Notes: generated by a model not told the origin, from the sequence alone. Numbered from the stretch's first letter, positions 1 to 13,269 are shown. The stretch is 64,000 nt of DNA from Octopus vulgaris (GCA_951406725.2 OX597826.1:21638001-21702000); one strand, 5' to 3'. A program made the numbers and translations.

Positions 1-3000
1 CTAAGGCATAATAATGTTGAGGTGTTAATTATAATGAAATGTTAACTTCGTCGTTCCGAAAGTGTTTGCCGATGTTGACAACTTGTCTTGCCCTGTTCTG
101 TTGAAGGGGAAAACTCGCACTTTATTTAAATAGCAAAAATAATAAGTTAAAGTAATTCGACGATGCACAATTACAATAAAAGTTCGGGTGGGGACAACGT
201 AACAGCATCATCGTACTTTGGGGGCAAACAATTTACTTCTTAAAGTAAAATGTGATGAGGTGGGTACACTGCCCAACCCCTATCGACCTTGTTTCCTCAT
301 AACTTTCAGAAAAATGAATATTTTGTTAATTAAATTTTCTACAAATAGGTGCTGAGGGGACTGTGCTAAAAGGATTATTTCCCTACCATATGATTCTGGG
401 TTCAGTCCCAGTAGAAGGCACCTCGAGCAAGTGTCTTTCTACTATAATCCTGAGCCGACCAAAGCCTTATCAGTGAATTCGTAATCATAATCTACGGCCT
501 CTGAAAAGTATTTATCCTTTCTTTACTTGTTTCAGACATTAGACTGCGGCTATACTGCAGCACCGCCTTGAAGAACTCATTGTGATATGTAGTTTATACA
601 ATTATAACACTGTACATATTTGAGGCATTATCTCTTAGCCACCTCCACCATACATCTCTCTCTCTCCTCAACCACCTCACCTACTCTTTTTCTTCTCCTC
701 CTCCCTTTCTCGGCAAGAATTCCTCCCCACCCCAAAAAACCCTTAAATTTTTTTTTTACACCCCCCCCCTTCTCGGCTGCGGGGAATATGAATCTGCAAA
801 AGAATTGGCAAAAATCAACATTTCTAAATTACCCCCACCCCTCCCACCCCATTTCCTTCAGTTTTTACTTTTTACAGATCTTTTTTTTATTCAAAATATG
901 CGGAAAAATACGGAGATTATGATTCGGACAAAAATTTCAAAACATTTCTGTAGTTACAGTTACGGTTTTAGGGTTAGGGATTTAGGGTTAGTGTTGGGGA
1001 AAAAAGTCAAAATTGAAGAAGTTGGGGGGAACTGTGGGGGTAATTTTCCCAATGCCTATTTTTAGCAATTTTCCGGAACCTACGTATCCGAAAACGGAGA
1101 TTTTTGGCAAAAAAATTACAAAAATAAACAAATTTGGGAGAAAATGGTGGGGGGACGGACGGAAGTCTTTCCCCTTTCTCTCCTCATCCACTCACCTACC
1201 CTTATTTCCTCTCCTCCCTCTCTCCCTTCATCCACCTCACCTAACCTTGACCCCCTCTTTTCTATTCTCCCATCATTACTATTCTGCTGCTCTCCCCTCT
1301 TTTTTGTTTTTCTGTTGTAAGTCATCATCAACACCCCACCGCACCTCCAGCTCGTTGCTCATCCTCCACCCTTGAATCTTACCCGACTTTGTGGTCACCT
1401 ACCCTCCTTTCTCCTCACCCATTCCCCTTCTCTCCCTCCTCCATACACTCTTGCCACCTCCACTCACCTACACTACTTGTCCCTCTGTCCCCACTCCTCC
1501 TCCTCATCTCATACCTTAAAGATTCACCTTCATGACACCTATTTTTATTTCTTCCCAGCTTCACCCTGATCACTCTGCCCTCTCTTCTTAGCATAAAGCC
1601 ACATCCTTCAGAGTATGTAGGGGATCTCATTAGTGCCAATGCCATGAAAAAAAGGCATCCAGTCCATGTTGCAAAGTGATTGGCATCCAGCCATAGAAAC
1701 CATACTGAAACGGACAGCGAAGCACAATGCAGTCCTTGGTCCTCTCAGATCCTATCGATTTGGCCAACCCATACCAGCATGGAGCTTGGACATTAAATAA
1801 GGATGATTACATAATTTGTGGAAGTATTTTTATTCATTTCTTCTGAAAACAGATTTCTGCTTCCATAAAATTTTTATTTTTAAAATTACAAAAACAACAA
1901 GCTTGTCTATGAAGTCTCTGTCCGTTTATTTGTATTCCTTGTACTTAGTTTTGTTGTCTTCAAGGTTGTATTCTTTATTAAATTATAACTGAATCACCAA
2001 AACAACTGCAGGTGTTAGAAGAGATGAAACTTGTTAATTAATAATACTAATTTGTTATTGAAATGTAATTATTTTGCAATAATCTCTAAAAACTGCTGGA
2101 TCCAATAAGAAAAGGTTTAATAAAGAGTTCCTTGGACTACCAGCTGATTTTTATAAACTGAGATCCAAAGAGAATCATAAAGAAACCCATTGAACACATC
2201 AGAGTAATTCCAGGATATTTTCTAAAAAAGATTGGTAAATTTAGCTTCTTTCAGGAATTACAAATATTCTTGCTTGTCAGTTGTTTGTACTTAGATGAAG
2301 GAAAGAGTTCCATAGTTACTTTGGCAGTGAACATTTCTTCCCAGCTACTGCTTCAACATGTCTTTTTGTCCTTTGTATGACAGGAAATGAGTTAGGATAT
2401 CATTTGAAGTGAGTTTCTACTCCTCACACACAATGCAGGGTGGCATAAAAGAAGTTTGGATCCCCCAAAACCCAAACACTTGCAAAACATTACAAACTGT
2501 ACGGAACACAATGTAGAGATGGTTTGACTTTGGGAAGCTGATAATAGAAGGCTTCTGTGGAATTTCCAAATCTAAAGAGAAATTTTTTTTTTTTTTTCCA
2601 CTTTTTTTCAAAGAATTTATTTAAAATACAAAATTTCTTTAGCACCAACTTACTAAAGATAAATCTATGGAATCTGAAGAAATTGATGGTGGTTTATATT
2701 GGTGTTTATAGAATAATGTGACAAATTCTATTTTGATAACACCATGCCTGAGAACAGACCTGACTTTAATACTATCAGATGCTGACTGTTCTAAGATGCT
2801 GCTTTTGTTGTTGTTCATGCCAGGTCAATTTTGATTGAAGACAGGTATCTCACCTTCCAATTGTCATTGTCTATCTAAGCCTATGTAATGCAATGTGTCC
2901 TTTTTGTAAAGATAGAGTGTATGATTTAAGAGAGATTTAGCTGCTTTTTCAAACAAATTGAGCAACCACATCTAGGCTTCCATGCTTCAAGTGTGTTTCT

Positions 3001-3659
3001 GAAGTTATGTACCGTCTGAAATATGATCTTGTGTGATTGAGTAACCTCAAACTATGATGTTGAAATCTTTTCCCTTTTTATCAGATATTAAACAGGGGAT
3101 TTTACATTAAAAACAACGAAGGAAGTACACCTTTTTTGTTGTTTTTTATTGGTGCATGAAGAAGATGGAAAAATTTTTTTGTTTCCTGCTGACAAAAAAA
3201 AAATTGTTTGATGAGGTTCAAATTTCATGGGTGAAGGAGACTCTGAGGAAAACTAAAATGGAATTCATGTTAACCCATTTGTTCTGTCCTACTTATCTCA
3301 GTAACATAATCATTGGTGTCAGATTAAAATATTTTGTAGCATTGGGTTACTATTAATTTTCGGGTTGTGAGTTCAAGGCTGACCAAAGTTAAAATAAAAT
3401 ACCAGACAGATACTGGAGTTTGATAAAAGATTCCTATAAACCAGACATGTCAAACTCCCAGCCCGTGGGCCACTTCAAGCCTGTGCAGCAATTTCATCCA
3501 GCTTGCAGGACCATTTTGATATCAGCATGAAATTGGTCCAAATGGATGCATCAGCAAATAGAGTCCTTTGCTGCCCTCAGCCATGTCTTCTTGTTGGCTA
3601 CAGCAAGCCGTTACATTATATATAGCACAGATTGCATTACCTTTTTATGCCCTGAGAGA

Positions 3660-4125
3660 AAAGTTGGACATAAGAAGCATCAAATGTGGTGTGCAAGAGA
3701 GATGACTGCACTGGTATGGCCATGTGTTACGTATGGATGAGGACAGCTGTGTGAGGAAGTGTCACACCCTAACTGTGGAAGGAACTTGTGAAAGTGGTAG
3801 ACCCAGGAAGACATGGGATAAGGTAGTAAAGCATGACATTTGAACGATGGGCCTTACAGAGGCAATGACAGGAGATCTAGACCTTTGGAGATATGCTGTG
3901 ATTGAGAAGACCTGGCACCTAAAGTGAGAGTGCAGTCATGGCCAATGCCAGTGTTCCATGTCCAGCCCATTTCAGAGTACCCTTGATGTGTTGAGCGATA
4001 TGATATGCTTGAGAAGACCTCTTGAGTCAAGTAAAACCAAAATCGTAGCTGTGGCCAGTGCCCCCTGACTGGCTCCCGTGGTGGTGGCACATGGTTGATG
4101 CCAGGTCTGCCTGACTGGCTCCTGT
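3660..4125 (+). mobile_element. RTE LINE 3' fragment and tail
   Basis: RRLHWYGHVLRMDEDSCVRKCHTLTVEGTCESGRPRKTWDKVV; homologous to 57180-57400. Confidence 0.8.
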
Positions 4126-4129
4126 GCTC

Positions 4130-4495
4130 TATCTATGATCCAACATCGTTTGCTTTCTTTCTCAATTTGCTTTCTTTTCTTTCTCTGGTTTCCTATTCTC
4201 TATCTCATGGTCACGCTGAATCATAAAATCCCATAGGATTTTTGCATTATCATTTTCAATGATGCCTTCAGGTATATGCTCATACTGCTTTTTTGTTCCG
4301 TCAAGTCCATACTTGTTGCAAAGTGTCCAATGAACAGTCCTTGCTATATTGTCATGACGTCTCTTATATTCTTTCTGGGCTAGTGGTGTACATTGACTGG
4401 TTATATGCTATATGGTTTCAGCATTTTGTCCACAAATTCTGCACTTACCACTTTCTGATGTGTTGTCTATTTTGTATTTGATGTAATTATTATTA
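4130..4495 (-). mobile_element. R4/Dong-like (RLE-type) non-LTR retrotransposon fragment
   Basis: - strand encodes CRICGQNAETI*HITSQCTPLAQKEYKRRHDNIARTVHWTLCNKYG (CCHC knuckle + RHD motif); abuts (ATT)n. Confidence 0.75.
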
Positions 4496-6553
4496 TTGCC
4501 TTTGCACAGCTTCTAACACTGGAGATGTACTACAAGGAAGTGTTTCCTTGTGGCCATTCTGTTGAAAGGTGGATGAGAGTGGCAAGAATTGTGCACGTGA
4601 ACAGGCCTGCCCTGAGCATACACTTGTAATTGATGATGAGGAACTGAGAAAAGGCACCTGTCCCAGAAATCTGGGCACCCATGGTTTTATGGGGTTTTTC
4701 CATGAACAGCCCTCAAATGTCTCTTCCCTATTGAGGATTACACATTGTTAAAATGTTTCAGGTCTATTTTTCTACGTTAAACCTGTTTACAATCAAAACC
4801 CTCACAACAACACACACACACACACACTTTCAATGTTTTGTCCTGTACTGTCCTAATGCTTTTCTTGATGTAACCCCTCTGTGGTCAATAAAGAAATCAT
4901 CATCATCATCATCATTATTATTAGCCAGTGGTGAAAGGATAGTGGAAACAGGGCCACAATGTGAATGGACCTTACTTGAATCCCTTAATTTCTCAAGACA
5001 AAACTAATTCTCAAGGTTTCTCTGGTTTCTGTGGAACCAAGTGGTTTCACTTCAACCATTGTTGGTTCCATGATTGGTTTCAGAGACACAAACTGGGCTG
5101 TATATATGTGGAAGTGTTTTATGTGATGCTGTCCTGACTTTAGCAAACTGTAAAGTCCTCCTGCTTTCCAAACTGCTGCTCATCTTTCTGCCTCTTGCCA
5201 AAACAATATCTACCGACTTCATAGGCTTGGGAACTGGGAGTGCAGAGGGTGCAAGTGCACCCCCTAAAATTGAGGGTGGATGGGGGCAATGAAAATGCTT
5301 TGAACATCTTATAAAAAAAACTGGATTTGCACTCCCTAAGCAAATTTCCTTCTCCCACTTATGAACAACTTTGTAGAATCCTCTTCTGCTTCCTCCACAG
5401 TGTTGTCCCCTCACAGAAAAAGCCTCCACTTTCATCTTCCACTTTGCATTCAACTCCACACTCTTGGTAAATCTCCAAATTTATTCTTTGCCCTTTTAGC
5501 AATGACCACACACATACACACACACCACACAGAACGAATCCTTTTACACCCAGTAACCTCCTCCCCCCACTCCTCACACAGTTATGTGAACTGATACATA
5601 AAATTAAATGTGGATGGGCGGTATAGATATCTTGGGGCATCCTCCACCTTCCTGGAGAATACTCAACCTCCCTCAAATTTATTTAGGATTTTTCTAGAAG
5701 TCTTTGTTTGAATAAGTAATTAGTTTTAATGTTAGAATATTAATTTTGGATTTATTTTCTTGAACTCATGAAATTTGGTGATTTGAACTATTATAGAATA
5801 ATTTTCAATAGCTTTCAGTTAAGTCCGCAATAAATGTAAAATGGGTGTTATAATCATTGAGGGACTTTTCTAATGTATATGTCATCATCATCATCATTTA
5901 ACATCTACTTTCCATGCTGGCATGGGTTGGACAGTTTGACAGGAGCTTGCCAGGCAGTAGGCTGCACCAGGCTTCAGTGTCTGTTTTGGCATGGTTTTTT
6001 TTTTTTTATGGCTGGATGACCTTCCTAACATGTTACTTAGCTTCGCCCTGAAAGTGTCCATTGTTATCATTCTTGTTAAGTGCTGTGGAAGGAGTCTGAC
6101 CACCCACATCTGACTAAAAGTGAACTGAGACTTTTCTCTTAAATAAACAACTGCTGAGTCGTCAGCAGTTTGAGTTGATAAGCAGTTCACTGTGAGCCAT
6201 GATTAAGGGTGTCGAGTCTTATGTGATATCAATAATAGTGTGTTGTGTAAATGCTTTCTTTCCTCTCTGCTTCATTATATATCCAACATGCAAAGATATA
6301 AAATTAAGAATTAACAATGAAACATTTGCTTTAAAGATCTGAAATTTTGAGTAAATGATGCTATAAAACTGGTTGATTTTAGGGAACTAAAACCACGAAA
6401 TACAAGAACATTCACTTTGTTATGGGAAAAATATAAGAAGTCTGTGTGCACTGAAGTGTGTCTGGGAATCAAGTGGGAAAATGTTGATTTGTTTTTGTTT
6501 TAATTGTCTGAAGAAATTGTAGTATTTCTGTCCCAACTAAAATAGGATTTACT

Positions 6554-6760
6554 GCATAGGAGACACATGAACCTTTCAAAAACACACAAAGACCATTAAC
6601 TTCACTTAAACATTTATTATTACTTTGCATTTGAGATGCAGTGTTATTTCGTCAGTGGCCAGGCTGCAGCCCACATCACAAACATTTTGACAAATAATAT
6701 TGCTTGAGTGAAGTAAACAGTGTTTGTGTGTCTTTGAATGGTACCATCTGTCTCCCATGC
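6554..6760. repeat. Degenerate inverted repeat / MITE-like element (~68-bp arms, ~70-bp spacer)
   Basis: gcataggagacacatgaacctttcaaaaacacacaaa… versus the reverse complement of …tttgtgtgtctttgaatggtaccatctgtctcccatgc. Confidence 0.7.
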
Positions 6761-7770
6761 TGCAATTATTTTAGTTTCAAGACACATTCTCAGACCAAAT
6801 CATTGCCTGGTAAGTACACCTCCTCAAATATTTTCTGTGGATGGATGAGGTAAAAATGGCATATCTTTCTGACATCATTTATTTAAACAAGGTTTGTGTA
6901 ACACTGCAGGATACGAATATGACATATTTTAGTGTAAAATAAATGCAGCATGGCTCATTGCGAATGAAATGAGTGAATTGACTTGGTAATCAAGGATGAA
7001 GTAGTTTGAAAACCCAAGAGAAATTTGGACTTAATAAAGAAAATACACAAAACAACTAAATCGAGATTGAATTTTGTAACAAATGTTTGATATGTGAAAA
7101 TCAATAACTGAAAATCAACAACAATATTTTGCAGCTGAAGTTGGAGACCAGTTTTGATTTGAAAATTCCTCTGAAGGTTTTTTAATCTGAAACAATATTT
7201 CACAGAAAGAAAATAGAGACTGTAAATAGACACGATAACAGGTTTTATGTTTCTCAATATTCAAACAGCAAAACACAAATTTAGAAATAGACTGAATAGA
7301 AAAGTTTATTTCTAGTTCCAAGAAGTGTCCATAATTTCAAATGTTAAGAATCTCTGTGAGCGGGAACAGATTCACCCAATGTCACAAATTTTTAATGTCT
7401 TAAATATAAAGTTAAATTTCTCAAATTACTAAAAAAATAACTAAATCACAATAGCACAAATTTAGTTTAATATTCATTTCAAATTTTGGCATGAGGCCAG
7501 CAAGTTCGAGAAAGAGAATGAGTCAATTACATTGACCCCAATATACAGCTGGTACTTATTTTATTGGTCTTGAAAGAATGAAAGGTAAAGCTAACCTCAG
7601 TGGAATTTGAAATCAGAACATAAAGACAGATTTTCACCACTAGGCATTTTACCAATCCTGCTAACAATTCTGCCAGCTCACTGCCTTAATATTAGTTTGG
7701 TGTTAGTTTAATGCTCATGTTTAGGGTTAATTTAGAATTAGTTTAATGCTTATTTCTCTTGATATTACAG

Positions 7771-7855
7771 AAATCAGAGCATTCCCTGGCTACAAAATCC
7801 TTGAGAAATCCTGTGCAATTGGTTTGATTTCAACAACTGCAAATCAGTTGTTGAG
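7771..7855 (+). CDS. ACSF2: ACSF2 probable N-terminal coding exon (transit-peptide region; xIRAFPGYKILEKSCAIGLISTTANQLL)
   Basis: ttacag acceptor, AG|gttgg donor, open frame, phase-2 end joins in frame to exon 8052. Starts in phase 1, so an upstream first coding exon is required and was not identified. No conserved motif in this exon. Confidence 0.55.
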
Positions 7856-8051
7856 GTTGGACCTGTGTGGATGGAAGTTTTTGGTTGGTTGTGATGCTGG
7901 GAATGATTAATGTTCCCTTCACATCCTAAACAGAACCCTGCAATCTATTACAGTTTCTGCCATGTGGCCCCTACTCCAACAAAGCTAACAAAGGACCAAC
8001 AGCTAAGGCTTCACTCATGAGTTGATATTCGATTTTCCTAATATCTTTCAG

Positions 8052-8301
8052 CCCACGTCTTCCTACTGCTATTGTATTCTACATCAATTTCAGGAACTGT
8101 ACGACAGACACAAAACCACTCAGCAGTTCTGGAAAGAAAACCTTAACCCACAGCTATGTCCATGGACCATCAGATATTCCTTTTCTTGGTTCCACCATTG
8201 GAAACATGTTCCAAGAACAGACAGAAAACAACCCAGATGATGAAGCTTGTGTATTTTACTCAAGTGGAATAAGAAGAACATTTGCTCAATTCTTAAAAGA
8301 A
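8052..8301 (+). CDS. ACSF2: ACSF2 exon (…LTHSYVHGPSDIPFLGSTIGNMFQEQTENNPDDEACVFYSSGIRRTFAQFLKE)
   Basis: tttcag acceptor, gtaagt donor; translation matches the SYVxG…TIG…P D.EA.V…R.TF N-terminus of ACSF2-type acyl-CoA synthetases. Confidence 0.9.
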
Positions 8302-9062
8302 GTAAGTCTTTGAGAGACAAAATATTTATATTTTTCAATTTCCTACATTCTGTGCAGATAAATGATTGATTGTTTGATCTTACATTGATCAGGAATATTG
8401 GTTAATGAGTGATTTAGAATGATTGACGAGAGACAGTTAATTATATTGATCCTCAAAAAAATTAAACAATGATTTTGACCTCAAATTTCATATAAAAGTG
8501 ATTAATTATTGCATACTGATATATCCTCATATGGGATAAGGAATATAAGTGTAGTTGCTTAGTTAGTGGGTATGAGTTCAATTCTGAGTCTATCAAGATA
8601 GACACACACACACATCAATCAGTCATCCAAGTGGGACAAATTTATGGCATCACATGTCTTAGATTAACTAATGAGAAACTGTCTTTGGTAAGGACAATGG
8701 ATGAGAACAATCTATTCCTGTGGACTTAATGAAGAGTTTGGTTCCAAATTTTAAAGATATTACCATGGACCTGTTTAGGGCTTGTGGAACTGATAGGAGA
8801 AATGGATGAACTTATCCTTAGAACAGAAGTGTGACTTAAATCTTTGCAATAGAGTGGACTTAGTTAAAGGTACCAGGAATCAGGTGATGATGCTTTTAAA
8901 CTGGAATACAGAAGAACTTAGAGTCCATCTTGCAACAAGATTCTAAACTCTGTTTCTGTCAACCAAATTAATTAAAATATAAAATTAATTACTTATCATT
9001 TCTTTAGAAAATTACAAATTGTAAATCTCACAACAAGAGATATTCAGCAACAGTTCTTTGGC

Positions 9063-9270
9063 GTAAAGATTGTTTGCCAACATAACGTGGCAGTCCTGGT
9101 TTAGGATGAATGTTGCTGTAATTTAGCCCCAGGAGACATCACCTCCAGCTGGCTATAAGGACACAGATTGTGTCGTGTAGCCAGCTGGAGGTAATGTTTC
9201 CTGGGGCTAAATTACAGAAACATTCGTCCTAAACCAGGACTGCCATGTTATGTTGGCAAACAATCTTTAC
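9063..9270. repeat. ~208-bp near-perfect palindrome (fold-back)
   Basis: gtaaagattgtttgccaacataacgtggcagtcctggtttagga… / …tcctaaaccaggactgccatgttatgttggcaaacaatctttac; ~100-bp arms with few mismatches. Confidence 0.92.
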
Positions 9271-9449
9271 TCTTATCATTTCTTGTTTGTTTTCCTTGTT
9301 TTTGTCGTTTCTTTTGTTCCTGAAGTTGTTTTTCATGTAAAAAATCCTGTATTTATATAAATATTGTGTAGAATATTATTCTTGTCCATTTTTTACCTTT
9401 TCAAAGCTATATTTCTTATAATTCCATCAATTTCTTCATCTTTTGATAG

Positions 9450-9578
9450 TGTGATCAACTAGCTGCTAGTTTCTTGGACCTTGGAATAAACAAAGGAGAC
9501 AGAATTGGTATTTGGGGACCAAATTCTTATGAATGGTTACTAGCCCAGTACGCAGGTTTCAGAGCTGGAATAATTTCA
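9450..9578 (+). CDS. ACSF2: ACSF2 exon (CDQLAASFLDLGINKGDRIGIWGPNSYEWLLAQYAGFRAGIIS)
   Basis: gatag acceptor, gtaaat donor, 43 codons phase 0/0; classic LG..KGDRIGIWGPNSYEW AMP-binding segment. Confidence 0.95.
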
Positions 9579-9849
9579 GTAAATATTACTATTTTCTAAA
9601 TTATTTTATTTATCATGACTTCTGTCAATAATAGCATTGTTGATTACAGGTTCCCTAGGGGTCAATAACTGATTCACTGAATTTCTGATGGTGATAATGT
9701 CAAGTGAAGGTCTATGTCCCAAGATATTTCTGTTCAGCACATCAATTGGTTTCTTTGTCAATTTGTAAAACACTCACCAACACACAAGTTACTAAATACA
9801 CCAGATTTTTTTCCTTTTTGTATGGTGTGTAGCAATAAAAATTGTTATA

Positions 9850-10060
9850 CACTCCAGATCAGTTCCTTCGGAAATATATGTAAGAAGAACATGGTGCCTT
9901 TTCAAAAGATATTTGGTTATTAATGGTCCATCATCAGGCTTACTGAGAATCACAATGAAGGCACCAACACATGTAAACTTTGCTTGGCAGAAAAATACAT
10001 TTTGATGTAAATAAAAATTTAGAAAAAAACAATAGAATGAAATATATTTCCATTGGTTTT
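9850..10060 (+). mobile_element. Penelope-like element GIY-YIG C-terminal remnant
   Basis: tgtaaactttgcttggcagaaaaatacatt = CKLCLAEKYI, followed by an N-R-N-E-like segment. Confidence 0.45.
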
Positions 10061-10195
10061 TGTCTTCTAAATTCCAATTTCCACTTATTGATTCAGATCC
10101 TTGTCAAAGGTACTGTACTGTAGGATTGAACATAAAGCCATGTGGCTGTGAGAAGTGAACTTCTTAACTGCACTGCCTGTGCCATTTGCATAATG

Positions 10196-10204
10196 ATGTA
10201 TGTA

Positions 10205-10246
<42 letters not shown>

Positions 10247-10298
10247 CATGTATGTATGTATGTATGTATGCATGCATGTGTGCATGAATGAATGAATG
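10196..10298. repeat. (ATGT)n/(GT)n/(ATGA)n compound microsatellite
   Basis: Directly visible. Confidence 0.95.
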
Positions 10299-10439
10299 AT
10301 TTTTCTTTGAGTTTTAAGTTCTTGAGAGAGTTCAATCCAGTCGCTAACAAAGCAACAAGGCATTTTGAGTTAAGAGAATTCCCAAAGTTTGTAAATCTGT
10401 GGTTGAGTTAGTATGTTGGTTGAACTGTCTATACACTCA

Positions 10440-10765
10440 AGTATGGTGTGCATCTATTCACATAAGAATCTCACATGGAGATTTTCTAGAATGTCTCATA
10501 AATCTTCCCAGTGCCACTAATAAACTGGATTCAAAGAATCCACATGAGTTTCTTTTGGGTTTTTTACTGTGAAACCAAGAATTTCTAGGTTTTTTGGGGT
10601 TTTTTTTTAGTAAATTTGTTGGTATATAACCTAATACCCCTATGATGATAGGTTCAAAAGTGATTTCATAGCCAGGGTACAAGAGCTGTATGTTCTCCAT
10701 TAATTCACCTTAAATGTTCTCTTTTTCCTGGACTTTTCATTGTACATTCACATCTGCTGGGCAGT
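10440..10765 (-). mobile_element. RLE-type non-LTR retrotransposon 3' fragment
   Basis: …CPADVNV…KENI…IQLLYPGYEITFEPIIIGVLGYIP, C-terminus of a restriction-like endonuclease. Confidence 0.65.
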
Positions 10766-11344
10766 GTATGCATGTATGTACGTACATGTGCCTGAGGGTG
10801 CATGACTTCGTGGTCAGATTATTGCACTCATGACCACAAGATTGTAGGTTCAATTCCCTGACCTGGCTGTGTGTTGTGTTCTTGAGCAAAACACTACATC
10901 TTACATTGTTCTGCAATCACTTCAACACCTGATGTCAGGTACACCATGCACCTGTTTCAACAAAGTCGATTCAATGGAGAAAGTGAGCTTATGAGCAATA
11001 CTAACATTCAATTACAACAAACAAATCATCTGCACAGATTGTTCAGCAACAAATTGCAGAACCGTCTTCCTCGGACTACAAGAGACAACCAGTATTATTA
11101 TGTATATATGTATGTACATAAGAGTGTGTGTGTGTCAATAATTTAAAATAATTGTTGCATCTGTGGATGTATATTGATGCCCCATATATAATATATTCTT
11201 CCTTGTGAATGTATGTTAAAAAAGTGTATATGAAATTTCTGTTTTGTTTGTCATTCTCATCTAACTAATGAATATCCATTTATTTAAATTCTATGTTTAG
11301 TCTTAAATCATGATAATTAAATAATCAATTAATTAATTATTTTA

Positions 11345-11508
11345 CTCTCGGAGTGGTTGGCGTTAGGAAGGGCATCCAGCTGTAGAAACTCTGCCAGATC
11401 AAGATTGGAGCCTGGTGCAGCCATCTGATTCGCCAGCCCTCAGTCAAAATCGTCCAACCCATGCTAGCATGAAAAGCAGACGTTAAACAATGATGATGAT
11501 GATGATGA
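11345..11508 (+). mobile_element. SINE/RTE-tail repeat with (ATG)n end
   Basis: ctcggagtggttggcgttaggaagggcatccagctgtagaaac…gacgttaaacaatgatgatg. Confidence 0.8.
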
Positions 11509-11768
11509 TAGTGTGTGTTTTACCATTGTTACTTCCTGTCTTTTTAAATGAACCTTTTCTGCTGGTCCCTAACCCTTCCAAAATCTATCCTGGAGATCCC
11601 TACATCTTCTATAGAGTTTTACCTCCTTTTTATTGTTTACAGTTTACTTATAACTTTATTATAACTGAAGATTAAGAATTAATTATTTTAATTATTTCAT
11701 TTGTTTATATTTTTTGTTCCAGAGTTGTGTTGCCGCCTTTTTTTTTCTGTATTTTCTCTTTATTTCAG

Positions 11769-11822
11769 GTAAACGTCAACCCAGCCTTTAGAATGGCAGA
11801 ACTAGAGCACGTTGTAAACACT
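11769..11822 (+). CDS. ACSF2: ACSF2 exon (VNVNPAFRMAELEHVVNT)
   Basis: tttcag acceptor, gtaaga donor, 18 codons; VNVNPAY/F…EL motif. Confidence 0.92.
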
Positions 11823-12302
11823 GTAAGATCCAGATGCTTTTCTTTTATTCTTTCGCTGGTTTCAGTATATTCTGAATAGTAGCCCATGCTGGAGCACCAC
11901 TTTCAAAAGGGCTTTGCCTGCTGCTTACTTTTATTGATCTCTATTTCTCAAACAATAACTTGAACTCAATACTACAAAATATTTAGCAATCCACTGGCAA
12001 TTCCTCGTCCCTCACTCAACCTCTTTCAACCCCTTCCCACCAACATTTCCTGTTCTTCTGTCCCCTCCCCATTCTCTTCTCCTCACTTCTACTTTGGAGG
12101 GTCCACCTTTGGGACAACACATCAAAAATGTTGCTTCTACAGAGATAAATAAAAGATGGAAATGACCATTTTCATCTTTTGGAAGGAAATGCCCACAACA
12201 CAGATATGATAACAGTGGGAGGAAAACTGGGTGGGGGGGAACCATGTGAATTGAAGTAGACTTATTGATATTTATGCATATAATTTATACATATACATAT
12301 AG

Positions 12303-12516
12303 ACGGGGGTGCTGAAAATTTGCTGGCTTTGGGTAAAAGAAATGGCCGGAGGATCAGTGAACTGATTTTATTCAACATCTTCCCCTCTCAGATTCACACA
12401 CTTACTGCAGTGGTCCTTCAGTTTTTCTAAGCCCTGTCAAAGAACTCAGAATGTTGGGCCTCCAACCAAGTCTTTTGTGATACCCTTAAAGCCAGGAATT
12501 TTTCAGCATCCCCTCA
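12303..12516. mobile_element. Mariner-derived MITE (~210 bp)
   Basis: TIRs cgggggtgctgaaaatttgctggcttt / aaagccaggaatttttcagcatcccctc in TA-rich flanks. Confidence 0.7.
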
Positions 12517-13150
12517 TCTATATAAATAGGCCTAATGATGTGTGTGTGTGTGTGTGTGCATGCATGCACATCCTGTATATGACATCCTGCATCTGGTAGC
12601 GGGGCCTGATCTGTGAGTTCCAAGGGTTTTGAGGAGTGTGGAACCACCCCCTGGCCACTATTGTTCCCAGATCTACTCTGGTCAGGGTCTCAGCTTAGGG
12701 TTGATCAGCATATTAGGACTTGTCTACCAATGCATGCGAAGACTGGATCCAGCAGACTGTGAGGAAAAAAATCTTTGTTGTTCAATGAAGGAAAAAGGCA
12801 GCCAGAGCAATGCATTGTGGAGTGCAAAGAACAAGATGAGGCAAGAAGGGCATCTTGGTCGTCCCCAGCATCCACTTCCATTGCCCAGTTATCTTGACCT
12901 GGTCTTGCTACTCGATTGAAAATGATCTCAGACAAGAGAATGACGTTGATGGTGTGCAATTCTTCACTTTAAACAAAGTCACCACACGCATCATCAGTCA
13001 TCCTGAAGGATGACTAAATGGCCCTTGTCACTCTGACAAATGAACATCTGTGTTTGTGTGTGTTTAATATTTGTCATGAGTCATCTAAAATCTATTTTAG
13101 TTTTCTCAACAGATTTCTATCAAATATTTTCTTTCTTTCTAATATTGAAG

Positions 13151-13269
13151 GTCGGTATGAAAGCTATAGTGATGGCTGGTCCATTCCGTGACACAAACTA
13201 TTACAACATTTTGCACCAATTAATACCAGACCTACTGACATCAACTCCGGGAGATATCAAATCTAAAAG
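13151..13269 (+). CDS. ACSF2: ACSF2 exon (VGMKAIVMAGPFRDTNYYNILHQLIPDLLTSTPGDIKSK)
   Basis: gaag acceptor, gtaagg donor, phase 0/2; lies in ORF 13040-13273. Confidence 0.92.

Noticed and set aside
1-260. Possible ACSF2 first coding exon (e.g. ATG at 39 MLTSSFRKCLPML…, or ATG at 163 MHNYNKSS with a weak gtgggg donor)
   Set aside because: No strong phase-1 donor compatible with exon 7771 and no recognisable homology; the true first exon may lie outside the window.
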